A DNA stretch of 64,000 nucleotides from Caecitellus pseudoparvulus (lineage: Eukaryota > Protista > Bigyra: Bicosoecida). Position 1 is the stretch's first letter. Each line of letters begins with the position of its first letter. Below are positions 1-10,296 of this stretch, piece after piece. Position numbers and translations under genes: made by a program. Under the pieces are notes generated by a model. It was given only the letters and a program-made list of their open reading frames with translations, was not told the DNA's origin and did not search any database. Location: positions 1-64,000 of the forward strand of contig CBFFRQ010000076.1 in NCBI GenBank assembly GCA_965644315.1, in the 5' to 3' direction.

Positions 1-17
1 GGCCCTGTCCCATTGAG
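1..17 (+). repeat. left terminal inverted repeat of Harbinger element
   Basis: GGCCCTGTCCCATTGAG; its reverse complement matches 4994-5010 with 2 mismatches. Confidence 0.75.
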
Positions 18-549
18 TGGTTAGGAGGGGTTCGTTTTTGAGCTTGTCAGGAGGGCATGTTGGCGATAGTTGTATGTGATAATGTACTGAGTATAAAATA
101 ACGAATGCATACATTATTTTTGTCAGAGTGTGCTTGAAAGGTTGGGTCTGTGATGCAAACTGGATGCGGAATTTGCTTGCCCACGTTTGTAAAAGGAGGC
201 TGCTGTCTTATGTTCCAGTCTACTTGCGCGTATTCGTACACTTTCGTGATCCAATGCAAATTTTTATGAAGTGTGGGCCGAATTTCGAGGAATCGGGCCG
301 TTTTGGTGATCACCCTCTTTCGATTCGGGTGAGTTGTCTGTCGATTACGAACAGAGGGCCTGCGTCGTCATCGAGGTGCTCACAAACCCGCATTCGACAC
401 CGGCGCAACCAGCACTCCAGCCCCCATGTGTCTTTCACAGTGTCGAACTACCGATCAAACGATCAGCGTCCCAGGGTTGCAATTCACAATTTTCACCTCG
501 AAGGCTTGCACTTCCCGCAAGGCGAGTTTCGCGGAAATCGAAATGAGTC

Positions 550-2355
550 TTGGTTGAGACAGGCCGAACAAGGCACTGTGAGAAAAGACTCCCCGTATTG
601 TCTTGCACAGATCATACAACCATGTCTGGCATGCAATTCCTGGTTTCCTTTTTACTGTTGCGCCGGCGGCAGCATGTCCGTAGGTTGCAAGCGCTCCAAG
701 CACTTATTGCCACAGAAGCAGCACTGTTGCTGGCAGTGGTAGCAATGGCCGATGAAGATGGACACGAGCAGGCCGTGCCACTACCGTGCTTCGATGAAGA
801 CTGTGCTCTGGAGGAGGGCGTGAGGGCCAGCGCACGTGGCCGCACCAATCCTCTTGCAGGTTTGGCATCCGGTGTGAGGACGTGGGTGGCACGGCAACAT
901 GGAGTGCCTCTCGAAGAGCACGAGGTTTGCACAACCCCACATACGGTGTTGCAGTATACTATGAAGCAGTTGTGCTCTGTTGGTGTGAACACTATTTTAG
1001 CTCTATCGGTGTGGTTCATGAAATCTTCTGCACCAAAACTCTGGTACAGGTGGGTCATGCATTCGATCCTACCCGTGGAAGTAGAGGCCCACGCTGTGGA
1101 GCTTGCAGGTGATGAACCTGCAGAGGAACCAGACTCACAAGAGCACAGGACCTGGCAGAGACAGCTTCGGCGCCACAGGGAAGACTGTCTGCACGAGCAC
1201 TGCAGTCGCCTTGGGGCATGCGAGCGTCCCATGGTGCAGCAACAGCCATCAGTGGCAGACTGGTGGGGTGCTGTGGACTCATCATTCTGCGGCCAAGGAT
1301 GCACTTTCAGTTGGCTGGAGGCTTGTTGCCTTGGAGTGCATTATATGTGCAAGGGTTTCAACATGAGAGCTGGACAAGAAGCGTTCACTGGGGCATCGAA
1401 GTCCACATGCAGTCGAATCCTAAAGGTTTTCTTGCGGTCTATCTCATCCAGCATGTTTGAACAGCAGGTGTACATGCCAGCACCAGATTCTGGGGAGTGG
1501 ATGGAGAGTGTACGATTGAACTTTGCCCTGTCAGGCATGCAGCTGCCGTGCGTAGCAGGCAGCGTGGATGATACACATGTGCGTGCTTACATCAGTGAAG
1601 ATAGTGGAAAGGGCGTATACATAAACAAGGATGGCGTGGCTTCGGTTAGTGCCCAGTGCATGGTAAGTGGCCACGGACTCTTCTGGCAAGCAGACATTGG
1701 GTATGCTGGTGCCGAAAGCGATCGGGGGAAGCTCATAAGGTCTCCCATGTTTGCGGCAATGGTCGGGAACCCAAGCTTACGTCCTTGTCCACTCCCATAT
1801 ACATTGGCAGCAGACTCGGGATTTCGTCCGGGGTACACATTCTTACTTCTTCCGTTCGACCAGCGGGACACTGATGTGGTGCAGCCGAATCATTTGGTGA
1901 CAATTTTCCACGATGCACTTTTGCACATTCGAGTTAAGGTAGAATGTGCATTTGGAGAGCTCAAGAACAGGTTCCGCATCTTGAACAACACTGCGAATGG
2001 AAACCTTGGGCCAGCAGCAGTTGCACTGCGTCTACGTGTAGCTGTAGCACTGCATAACTTTGTACTGCGAGCTCTGCCATTGCGGGCATCTGTGTGGCAT
2101 GCCCTTGATGTGACAGCGCCGGGGACTGTCTGGGGTGACCTGCTGGAAGAAGCAACGGCAAAGGTGGTAGAGGACTTGCTTGAGGCGCAGCCCCCTTCAT
2201 GGAGTATGCCGAGTGCCATGGGATGGAAGACGCAAGTGCTGGAGCTGGCGCTTGGCCAGCTTCCACCCACACCATCTTCAAGTATGCTGGGGTTCAGTAT
2301 CGCTCCATCATGGTGGGCACTGCCCAGTGGTGCCGCGAGAGAGTTGAAGAGCTAG
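550..2355 (+). CDS. Harbinger/HARBI1-type DDE transposase (true start probably ATG ~622-631; C-terminus may continue in another frame to 2450)
   Basis: Catalytic motifs VAGSVDDTHV (D1), LAADSGF (D2) and RVKVECAFGELKNRFRIL (E), followed by VAVALHNF; HTH-like segment FTGASKSTCSRI. Confidence 0.88.
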   Translation: MVETGRTRHCEKRLPVLSCTDHTTMSGMQFLVSFLLLRRRQHVRRLQALQALIATEAALLLAVVAMADEDGHEQAVPLPCFDEDCALEEGVRASARGRTNPLAGLASGVRTWVARQHGVPLEEHEVCTTPHTVLQYTMKQLCSVGVNTILALSVWFMKSSAPKLWYRWVMHSILPVEVEAHAVELAGDEPAEEPDSQEHRTWQRQLRRHREDCLHEHCSRLGACERPMVQQQPSVADWWGAVDSSFCGQGCTFSWLEACCLGVHYMCKGFNMRAGQEAFTGASKSTCSRILKVFLRSISSSMFEQQVYMPAPDSGEWMESVRLNFALSGMQLPCVAGSVDDTHVRAYISEDSGKGVYINKDGVASVSAQCMVSGHGLFWQADIGYAGAESDRGKLIRSPMFAAMVGNPSLRPCPLPYTLAADSGFRPGYTFLLLPFDQRDTDVVQPNHLVTIFHDALLHIRVKVECAFGELKNRFRILNNTANGNLGPAAVALRLRVAVALHNFVLRALPLRASVWHALDVTAPGTVWGDLLEEATAKVVEDLLEAQPPSWSMPSAMGWKTQVLELALGQLPPTPSSSMLGFSIAPSWWALPSGAARELKS

Positions 2356-2470
2356 CCCTTCTGCACCTGCAAGCACCTGAACAGCCTGGGGCTGCCGGCG
2401 AAGGTGATGAAGGGAGTGACTGGGAAGGTGACTCTGTTGGCAGTCAATAATGCAGTGTGTTGTCTCATGT

Positions 2471-4691
2471 TCATGACTGCATGGGTTGCCCAGCAACACT
2501 ACGCTTCTTCAGGGCTGTAACCATTTGAAGTCGGGCGCGTGCGACCTTCAGCTCCTTGTCTGCGTCTGACAGCGGGTGCGGTGGCATGCCACGCAAGGTT
2601 GGAGGCACACTTCCGCTGTGCAGCTGCTCCAAAACAGTCTGAACCTGCTCTTGCATGCTAAGGTCACCGTCAATGATGCTTAGGTCCAACCACCCCTGCA
2701 CTCTTGTAATTACACCTGATATCGCTGCATCTACCGCACGCTCACTATGTGCGGCAGCAGCACCTGGTGCAGGCACCGAAAGCGAAGGTGCGGGCTGCTG
2801 CACTTGCAAGGACTGCTGGAAAAACTGAAGAAGTGAGGCGTCCTGTTGTGCTTGTCGTTCCCGTGCTGCCTCTTCAGCAACCTGTCGTTTCTCCAGCGAA
2901 TCTGCCAAACGGGCAACGATGTCACGCATGCCTGCGGCTGGTGGTGACGTGCCAGACCCCAGGCGACCTCCATCCAGGGCTCCAGTTGCTTTTGCAACAG
3001 CAGCAACACGGCTTCCCGTGCTCGTTCCACTCCCCGCACCTGATAGGTACTCTCCGCCCTGTCGCGGACTTTCAGTGGGCAACGCAGCGGGCCTGCCACT
3101 CGCCAACAGCGAGGCTACTGTGTGTGATCCTTCAGATCTAGCCTCTGCAAATATCCCGTTGGTGATGTTGCGAGGCACTGAAGACATCGTTGCCTTTGGC
3201 CTGGCTTTGCCTTGGCACACGCTTGCATAATTCATCAGCTCGCCCGGAAGCAGTCCACCGTTCAGGGGTGGATAGCGCAAGTCATCAGTTGGTCCCACAG
3301 GCAACCACATTTCCTTGTTCGTTACGCTACACCGCAGGCGCTGGAAGCGCAAGCGCGCAGCGGCGCTTGCGTTTCGTGCCCTGCTCCACCCCACCTTCGT
3401 GATGTCCCAACGTGTGTACTTCTTTCCATTTAAATCAAGAGAGGGAGCACCAGGGTGGCTAGGGGCTGTGGGTTCGCTTGCCCCCCCGCTTCCCGTCCTT
3501 CTGCCCTCAGACCCGTTGATGATGTCAACCTGTTTCTTCAACGTTTCGAGGCTGGCCCAAGTACCTGAAGCTGGAACCAGAGCCTCACGAAGGAGGCTTG
3601 AAACCAGGACCAAGCCTGACCACGACAGGAAGGCTTCTTGGGAATCACTACCTGGTGTTGAAACCAACACCATGTACTTTGAGTCGTCTCGCTCCGGCCA
3701 TGGCCTTCCTAGCATGTTCGTGTCATGCTCCTCGAAGGCAGTGAGCAGCAACGGCAAGAATTTGTGAGCTAGGCTCTTGCCCACAATGCCACTTCGCATC
3801 TTGTTGCTCCCTTGTGTGGCAAAAGTCCGGAACAGGCTTCTGTCAGAGCCTTCCGGGCATGGCTCACCCGACGAGACAACACGACCCCCAAGAGATGAGT
3901 AGTCAATGGTACCCTCACGAACACCCAGACGAACGATAGCTCCAGACATTCTCCATGCACTTGCTTTGTTTCCAAAGGCAGCCCAGGTCGACGACGGCAT
4001 CAAGGTGGCGAACTCCTTCTTGTCAGGGTGCGTCTGCACCCCATTCTTGGACGGTGTTTGCAACAGAGCTCGATCAGTAGAGGCCCACGGAATTGGGCTC
4101 GCTGAGTCGAGACGCATCAACGCACGGGCAGGGGAAGTGGCAGCTGGTGTCGCGCCGACGGCACCAGCAGCACTCCGTGGTGGGGAAGGGCTGCCAGCTG
4201 TCCAGGACACACCACCACTCTCCAAGTCAGGACTTGAACTGTCACTCTTGCCCTCATCACCACTCATGTCAACGACCTCGTCTGCGGGCAGAGTCAGGAA
4301 GGCGTGTTTGCGAGAAGCGTTTCGGAGTTTCACACAGCGGAAATGAAAACGAACCGAAAGCTTCCAGTTGTTCCTTAGCGTTTGTCTTCATCCTCCTGGC
4401 AATGCTTGCTGTAAGGGCAGCAATCCGGACTGGTCTGGTAGGCGTTGCGATGGCGGGTGATTCTTGCGCAGCGAGTTCGCTTCCTGGAGGCGTTGCAGGC
4501 AGCTCAAACACCCGTCCTGCTGCCCCGAGCCTCGCGCCCGTCCGCAGTCGGGAAGTCGGTGCGTTACCTTGAAGGAACTGTCGGACCAGTGCATGTGTGT
4601 CCGCTTGCGAGCCTTCAACTGCGGTTCTTTTGCCACTCGTCGGCGCATCTGCCTGAACGCGTGCATTCCGGGGGCGCTTGCGGCCAGACAT
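2471..4691 (-). CDS. Harbinger ORF2, putative Myb/SANT(trihelix)-like DNA-binding protein; join(4355..4691,2471..4281)
   Basis: Two overlapping ORFs are joined in frame by a 73-nt GT..CTGAC..CAG intron (4282-4354), giving EAF-D-EVVDM. N-terminal NLS-like GRKRPR; trihelix-like WDITKVGWSRARNASAAARLRFQRLR; convergent with the transposase inside the TIRs. Confidence 0.65.
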
Positions 4692-4993
4692 GGCAGCAAA
4701 TCATTCCAAGAGTATGCTCACAACTTACTGTGAATAGTTTAAAAGTAGAGTTTGATATCCATATCTGCACTGCTCGCCATGGTACACAAACCACTGCCAG
4801 CAAGTGGCAAATTCCGCATGCTAATAGGCTCGATAAACAACGCTCTGTTGCACACGACAGAGCGGCCGTTCAAGTCTAACATCCTCTGTTAGTGTCAAGG
4901 TGACAAAACATGCTGCCTGCAGCACTTTTCCGTGAACTTCAAAAAATGCATTCTCGTTTCACAGATTTTCTCGATTCAGAGGCCTCCGCTGGC

Positions 4994-5010
4994 CTCAATG
5001 AGACACGGCC
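4994..5010 (-). repeat. right terminal inverted repeat of Harbinger element
   Basis: CTCAATGAGACACGGCC versus expected CTCAATGGGACAGGGCC; followed by putative TSD CTG (5011-5013). Confidence 0.75.
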
Positions 5011-5193
5011 CTGGCTGGTACACTTCGCGCAATGCTTCCATCAGGGACATGCAGTAGACCTGCAGCGGAAACTCGGGTTCTTCAGTTTTGCATGTGAAGT
5101 GTGCAAGAATTTCATTGCATACCTTCACGGTGCACCTCCACCGATGCACGTTGGCAGACGCCCTCACGCCTCACTCTGTGCCGAGTTGGACCT

Positions 5194-7608
5194 TTAGCGA
5201 GCGCCAGAAGTGGACCTCTTCCATGTCAGGTGTGTCCCGGGCGGGATGGGGATAGGCTTGGCTGATAAAGCCGTTCCCTGCCGCCCCGATGCCACAGCTG
5301 CTGGCCGCAGAAGGCTTCCTGAGTGCGGGCCGGGCCCCATGCCACCGCCCCCTCCGCCACCAGGCGGCCGACCTGCCAAAAGCGCCGAAAGCACTGCGTC
5401 CCGAGACGGCTCCAACCCAGGATGCAGCATGGCGGGTGTACTGTCGGGCCCTCGCTGCTGGGCGCTCGCGTTTGGCTGCGCAGCGGGGGAGCCCATCTCC
5501 AGCCCCTGAACACTGGTGAGTGAGGGCGGATAAAAAGCCCCCCCCGCACCACTGGGGCTGCTGGAAACGGCAGCCGCTAACGGTGGGGGCATGGCATGGC
5601 TGAGGCTGGTGAGGGGGGACGGCGTGCCGTCACTGGCCACCGTTTCCAGAGCTTTCGTGGACAGCTGCTGTCCGAGTTGGGCCCAGGCCCGGCCAAGAAC
5701 GCTGTGCCGCCCACCATACACGCTAGTGCCGCGCACCCAGCAGAAGAACGATCCACAAGGCAGGGCGCCGATTTCAGGAATGGCCGGCCCTGCTCCGAGG
5801 TAGGGAGCCGCCTGCGAACTGCGCCAAGTGCTGACAGCCCGAGCACCGCGCACGACAGTGCCGATGGCTGCCAGGAAGAGGAAGGGAATGCCAGCAAAGG
5901 AGTACTTCCTTGCGTACCCGGCGTCCCCTGTCTGCACCACCTCCGCCGCCAGCACGACGGCTGCGGCGATGGTGCAGAGCAGGATGATGCTGCCAGCCCA
6001 AACAAGGACGGGCAGGCAGGAAAAACCGTGGCCCTGGCCCTGGCGAGCACGCATGTTCACGCAAACGGCCCGGATACAGAAGCCTGTGGATGCCAGGCCC
6101 AGCAAGGCCAGCGGCACGAGGGCCACGGTTGCAATGCCCAGCGCTGGCACGCCTGTCAGAGTGCCGTCAGCGATGGCGGCAAACGAGCCAACCGTGACGG
6201 CCGTGGGGCCAAGGACACAACAGAGGAAGGCAGCAGTGGCGCCTGCCAACTCCCACTTGGAGTCATGCCGTACACCCAGCACAAGGGGCCATGAAGCGGC
6301 GGAGCCGAGGCAGCAGAGCAACGGGGCTGCACACAGCAGCCAAGGCAGGGGGCTGTGCAGGCCAGACACCTCGGGCCCGACGATGGCCAGGCGCAGGGCA
6401 TACAGCAGCGAGCTCGCCAGAAGTGTGAAAGGGGCGAGGATGAGAATGCCCACGTGCAGCGCGCGGCGAGCACAGTGCAAGCTCGATGCGTAGGTGCGCT
6501 GCAGGCCCGTGCCCACAAATGCGTCGCCACAAGCCAGGTGCACTGCCTCCCCAGCCCACAGGCCAGGCAGTTCGTCAAAGCGCCAGCACACACAGCACAT
6601 TTGGCGGGGGGCGGGTTGCACGTACTGCTGCAGGCGCTGCCCCTCCGCTGCCCACCGCAACGCCGCAACTGACGCGAGGGACGCCGCCACGAGGCCGAAC
6701 GCCAACAGCGCAGGCAGCGCCACCAGCAGCCAGGAAATGTCCACACTTCCAATGAGAAGGGGCGGCATGAATCCGTCCAGGCGCAAGGTCATGAGCAGGA
6801 GAAATGCGAAAATGAGGGGTGCCGGCAGAGCCTGGCCGACCAAGTACAACCACACGTCACAGGCCGCCTTGCACCGCACTGACGCGCGTAGGAGTGGAAC
6901 AGCTGCACGCATGCGCCGCCGGGCGCCACGACTGCTAGCCCACGCCTGTGCGAACTCTCGCAGAAAGTGCAAGGGTGGATACAGTGCCTCCAAGCTGTCT
7001 TCAGGTGCGCGGGCGGGGGGCAGGGAGCTCCCATGCACCCGGGCAGCTGCGGAGGCGCTGGGAGCTGCGGGGGCTTTGGCTCCTGCAGCACCCGGCCAGG
7101 CAGTGTGCAGGGACCGGGATGGCGTCTGCGTGGCGGAGGCCAGCGAGGCGGTGTGGGAGTGCCCCCCAATGGAGCTGCAGGTGGACCTGCGCGACGTGCT
7201 CATGGACCCAGCACGCAGAGCTGTGGAAAGAAGAAAGAGGAAAGAGGAAAGTGAAGGAGGGGGGCGCACCATGCAGCTTGACTGCGCAGCAGGCCGTGCA
7301 AAGCCAAGCGGCGGCTGGGAACCTGTGTTGGCGTTGGAAGGCGGCGCAACCACACGCTGCCAAGCCGCCAGCCCCGCGCTCGCCTGGCCGCTCCCGACCT
7401 CACACCCGCAGCACGCACCTCGAGGGACGAACTGGGCCTCGAACAGGTCCCTCCAATGCCGGTTGGAGGATGCCGCCTGCCATGACGAGTGGCACACGGC
7501 GCCAAACGTGAGTGTGTCTGCCGGGCCAAGCAAGTCCACCAGCGACCGCAACGCTTCTGCGCACAGAGCCGGGCGGGGAGTGGCGCTCCGGAGGGGTTGA
7601 CCGCGCAA
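5194..7608 (-). CDS. F-box-like N-terminus plus multi-pass membrane protein (TMEM185-like helices); 5' end uncertain
   Basis: EALRSLVDLLGPADTLTFGAVCHSSWQAASSNRHWRDLF resembles an F-box; about 8 hydrophobic helices including FLLLMTLRLDG...ISWLLVALP. Confidence 0.55.
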   Translation of the reverse strand: MRGQPLRSATPRPALCAEALRSLVDLLGPADTLTFGAVCHSSWQAASSNRHWRDLFEAQFVPRGACCGCEVGSGQASAGLAAWQRVVAPPSNANTGSQPPLGFARPAAQSSCMVRPPPSLSSFLFLLSTALRAGSMSTSRRSTCSSIGGHSHTASLASATQTPSRSLHTAWPGAAGAKAPAAPSASAAARVHGSSLPPARAPEDSLEALYPPLHFLREFAQAWASSRGARRRMRAAVPLLRASVRCKAACDVWLYLVGQALPAPLIFAFLLLMTLRLDGFMPPLLIGSVDISWLLVALPALLAFGLVAASLASVAALRWAAEGQRLQQYVQPAPRQMCCVCWRFDELPGLWAGEAVHLACGDAFVGTGLQRTYASSLHCARRALHVGILILAPFTLLASSLLYALRLAIVGPEVSGLHSPLPWLLCAAPLLCCLGSAASWPLVLGVRHDSKWELAGATAAFLCCVLGPTAVTVGSFAAIADGTLTGVPALGIATVALVPLALLGLASTGFCIRAVCVNMRARQGQGHGFSCLPVLVWAGSIILLCTIAAAVVLAAEVVQTGDAGYARKYSFAGIPFLFLAAIGTVVRGARAVSTWRSSQAAPYLGAGPAIPEIGALPCGSFFCWVRGTSVYGGRHSVLGRAWAQLGQQLSTKALETVASDGTPSPLTSLSHAMPPPLAAAVSSSPSGAGGAFYPPSLTSVQGLEMGSPAAQPNASAQQRGPDSTPAMLHPGLEPSRDAVLSALLAGRPPGGGGGGGMGPGPHSGSLLRPAAVASGRQGTALSAKPIPIPPGTHLTWKRSTSGAR

Positions 7609-8187
7609 AACACATGCTACAGCTGCCTTCGATGATGACGCGCTGTGGCAAGCCCTGCCACAAACGCAGAGCTGCGCAGTGCTCCCGGCGACCTGCCTCG
7701 AGGGGTGTGCTGCACTGCAGCAGCGGCGGCTGGCTCACCTGCTCGGCTGGCTGCCTCCGTGGGGGAGTCTGCTGGCCCCCCCCTCCGGAACAGGCGGTGT
7801 GTGGCAGATTTTATCATGGAGGGCCCCCCTCCATGCGGGCGTAGAGCACGCGGCATGGGCAGGGCGGCCAGCCACAGGCCGGCGCAAGCTACGCTTCGCC
7901 AAGTCCAAGCAACCCAGCGGCGCAGTTCCTCGCAGCGAGCCTGCCAAGGCAGCAGAGGCAGGGCTCAATACACGCGAGAACGGGCGGGGCTCAAACCACA
8001 AGGGAAGAAAAAATGTCAAGAACCATTTTTTCCGACTTGGCGCCCCCTGAGCGCCGGGCATCATGCTGCAGGGGGCACACTGCACCTGGCAACGGGCTGG
8101 AGGCTGCAGAAGCAGCAGCTCACGTGCCAGCGCCGCACCGGGGCGCTTGACGGCCGAATCTCCGGGGCACGTAGGTACCTGTGTGCG

Positions 8188-10248
8188 ATGCAGGCGGTGC
8201 TTTCCATAGCAGCAGTGCTGGTGGTGCTGGGAGAGCCCGGCAGCGCGCTGGGCACCCACCCAGAGTCCCTGCAGCAAGGTGTGGTGTTGCCTCAAGGCCG
8301 TCTGCGGAAATTGGCCTGCACACCCTTGGAAGCAACAGTGCAGAGCACCCGCATCCTGGTCCACCTGCCTGGCGTGCTGGACTCAACTGACACATCCTTG
8401 CCTCTCTGGACGGCAGCGGGTCCGCCACTGCTGAAGCAGCTCTCGCCACTGCATGAGAGCTGCACCAACGCTGATGCAGACATCGCTGGCTTGGGGCTTC
8501 GGGCGACAACTCTAGCCGCTTGGACGGCGCAGTGCACGCCTGGGCTCCAGGCGCCCGCGCCGCCAGCCTGTCATGCCGTGTGGCAGCTTCTGAACGCTAC
8601 GACCCCTGTGCAGCCCCCCTCTGCGAATGGCCACGCTCACCGCTTGCACTTGCACCGTGCCTTGCGGCAGCTGCAGCTGTCTCAGGCAGCACTGCTGGCA
8701 GCACCCGGCCTGGGCGCGGCGCTGAGCGAGGCCGACATGCAGCGGGTATGGGACGCATATGATGCGGTGGCGCTGGCGACACAGCCGCCCCCCCACTGGC
8801 CTGCCCACGCCCACATCCCCCGCCTGGTGCACATGTCCAAAGCCGACTCCAAGCCGGGCAAGTTTCCACCCCACGCGGCCCTGACGGTGCTGTCTGCCTT
8901 CACGCGACTGGCACCAGACCGTATTCTGTTCAGGACCAGCGTGGTGCCCACGGCAGCCACGTGGCACCGTGTGGCAGGCCTGGTGCAAGTTCTGCCGTTG
9001 GCTGAGGATGGGTGGGCTGTGCGGGGGGACGGTAGCACCGTGCTCCTGCACCTGGCAGCCCACATGACTGACATGCTGCGTGCACGGGTACTGGCTGCAC
9101 AGGGCGGCGTGTGGCTGGACTGGGACATCGCCGTCCTGCGACCCTTTGACGACCTGCTCTCGGCCCCCCTGCCTCGCCCCCTGCGCACGGCCCTGGGACA
9201 TACCCTGCCTGCAGGCACGCGGTGGGGCGGAGGGCGGGGGGGGTTCGATGACGGCGGCACCCCCACCACTGTCCTTGCTCGGGAGGAGGAGGTACATTTG
9301 GATGGGCAGGTGTACCCGCCCTACGTGGGGGTGGCTGTGCTGCTGTCCACTGCGAAGGCGTCTCTGCCCCACCTGTGGGCCACCGCCATGCCTGACGCGT
9401 ACGACCCCCACTGCTACACGTGTGCCAGCACACAGCTCCTCTCCCGTCTTATTGACGCCGAGCCAGGGCTGGTGGTGGAGCTGCCCTGGACGTCACTGTA
9501 CGCCCCAGGGTGGACTTTGCCCGCCATGCACTGGCTGCGCAACACCTCTGCCTTCACATCCACACAGGCCGCCTGGGCTGCTGTGCGTGGGCAGCACAGC
9601 ATCCACCTCTTTTCGGGGGGTGCCACGTGGAACGCAGCGCCGGGCAGCCTGGAGCTGCTCACGGGGCCCCCCAAGACCAACTTGGATGCGCTGCTGCAGG
9701 ACACACAGCGTGTCGCACCACGCACTGTGCTGGTCGCTGCCAACACCCCTGCTCTGCTCCTGCGTCTGTCCCTCGAAGGCGCGCTGTGCCCTGGACAGAG
9801 CGCAGACGCTGCATCTCAGACTTCCGCTGGCGACGACGCGCACGACCTTGTATCGCTCCTTGCGCTGCTGACTCCGCGGCAGCTGCTGGGCCCCAAGGAC
9901 GCTGTGGCCAGCCACGGCACAGGGGACCCTGGCAGCGACCCCGCCATGCTGTGGCTACTGGATGGCGGCGCCACCCTGAGTCCCCCCCTGCCCACCTTGC
10001 GCCAGCACATGGTGTGGCCGGAAGATGTCCTGGCAGAGCTGGCTCGCCAGCTGCAGGAGGGGGGCGTGCCTGCCGCGCATTCCTGGCTGTGCGGTGCGCA
10101 CAGCTCATCCCCCTCCCCTGCCTTGCAGGGCCTAGCCAATGCCACGCGAGCTGCCCTGGTCGCTGCGCTGCGGCTGCACACTGCTGGGCGGGTGGCCAGC
10201 CTGGCCCTGCAAGCCACTGGGCGGGCGGGTGTGAGAAGCGTGGATTAA
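8188..10248 (+). CDS. secreted/Golgi glycosyltransferase, GT32 (DXD sugar-binding) family
   Basis: Signal-like MQAVLSIAAVLVVLG; IPRLVH; AHMTDMLRARVLAAQGGVWLDWDIAVLRPFDDLL DXD motif. Confidence 0.8.
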   Translation: MQAVLSIAAVLVVLGEPGSALGTHPESLQQGVVLPQGRLRKLACTPLEATVQSTRILVHLPGVLDSTDTSLPLWTAAGPPLLKQLSPLHESCTNADADIAGLGLRATTLAAWTAQCTPGLQAPAPPACHAVWQLLNATTPVQPPSANGHAHRLHLHRALRQLQLSQAALLAAPGLGAALSEADMQRVWDAYDAVALATQPPPHWPAHAHIPRLVHMSKADSKPGKFPPHAALTVLSAFTRLAPDRILFRTSVVPTAATWHRVAGLVQVLPLAEDGWAVRGDGSTVLLHLAAHMTDMLRARVLAAQGGVWLDWDIAVLRPFDDLLSAPLPRPLRTALGHTLPAGTRWGGGRGGFDDGGTPTTVLAREEEVHLDGQVYPPYVGVAVLLSTAKASLPHLWATAMPDAYDPHCYTCASTQLLSRLIDAEPGLVVELPWTSLYAPGWTLPAMHWLRNTSAFTSTQAAWAAVRGQHSIHLFSGGATWNAAPGSLELLTGPPKTNLDALLQDTQRVAPRTVLVAANTPALLLRLSLEGALCPGQSADAASQTSAGDDAHDLVSLLALLTPRQLLGPKDAVASHGTGDPGSDPAMLWLLDGGATLSPPLPTLRQHMVWPEDVLAELARQLQEGGVPAAHSWLCGAHSSSPSPALQGLANATRAALVAALRLHTAGRVASLALQATGRAGVRSVD

Positions 10249-10296
10249 TGCAACTGTGTTCGGCTTGAAGGGGACACCGCAGGCGCTGCGCCGCCG

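Larger units (their letters stand above)
1..5010. mobile_element. PIF/Harbinger-superfamily DNA transposon, apparently full length
   Basis: Left end GGCCCTGTCCCATTGAG (1-17) and right end CTCAATGAGACACGGCC (4994-5010) are inverted repeats with 15/17 identity. The right end is followed by CTG, a CWG-type 3-bp target. The element holds a DDE_Tnp_4-like transposase and a convergent second ORF, and looks less GC-rich than the flanking host genes. Confidence 0.85.
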
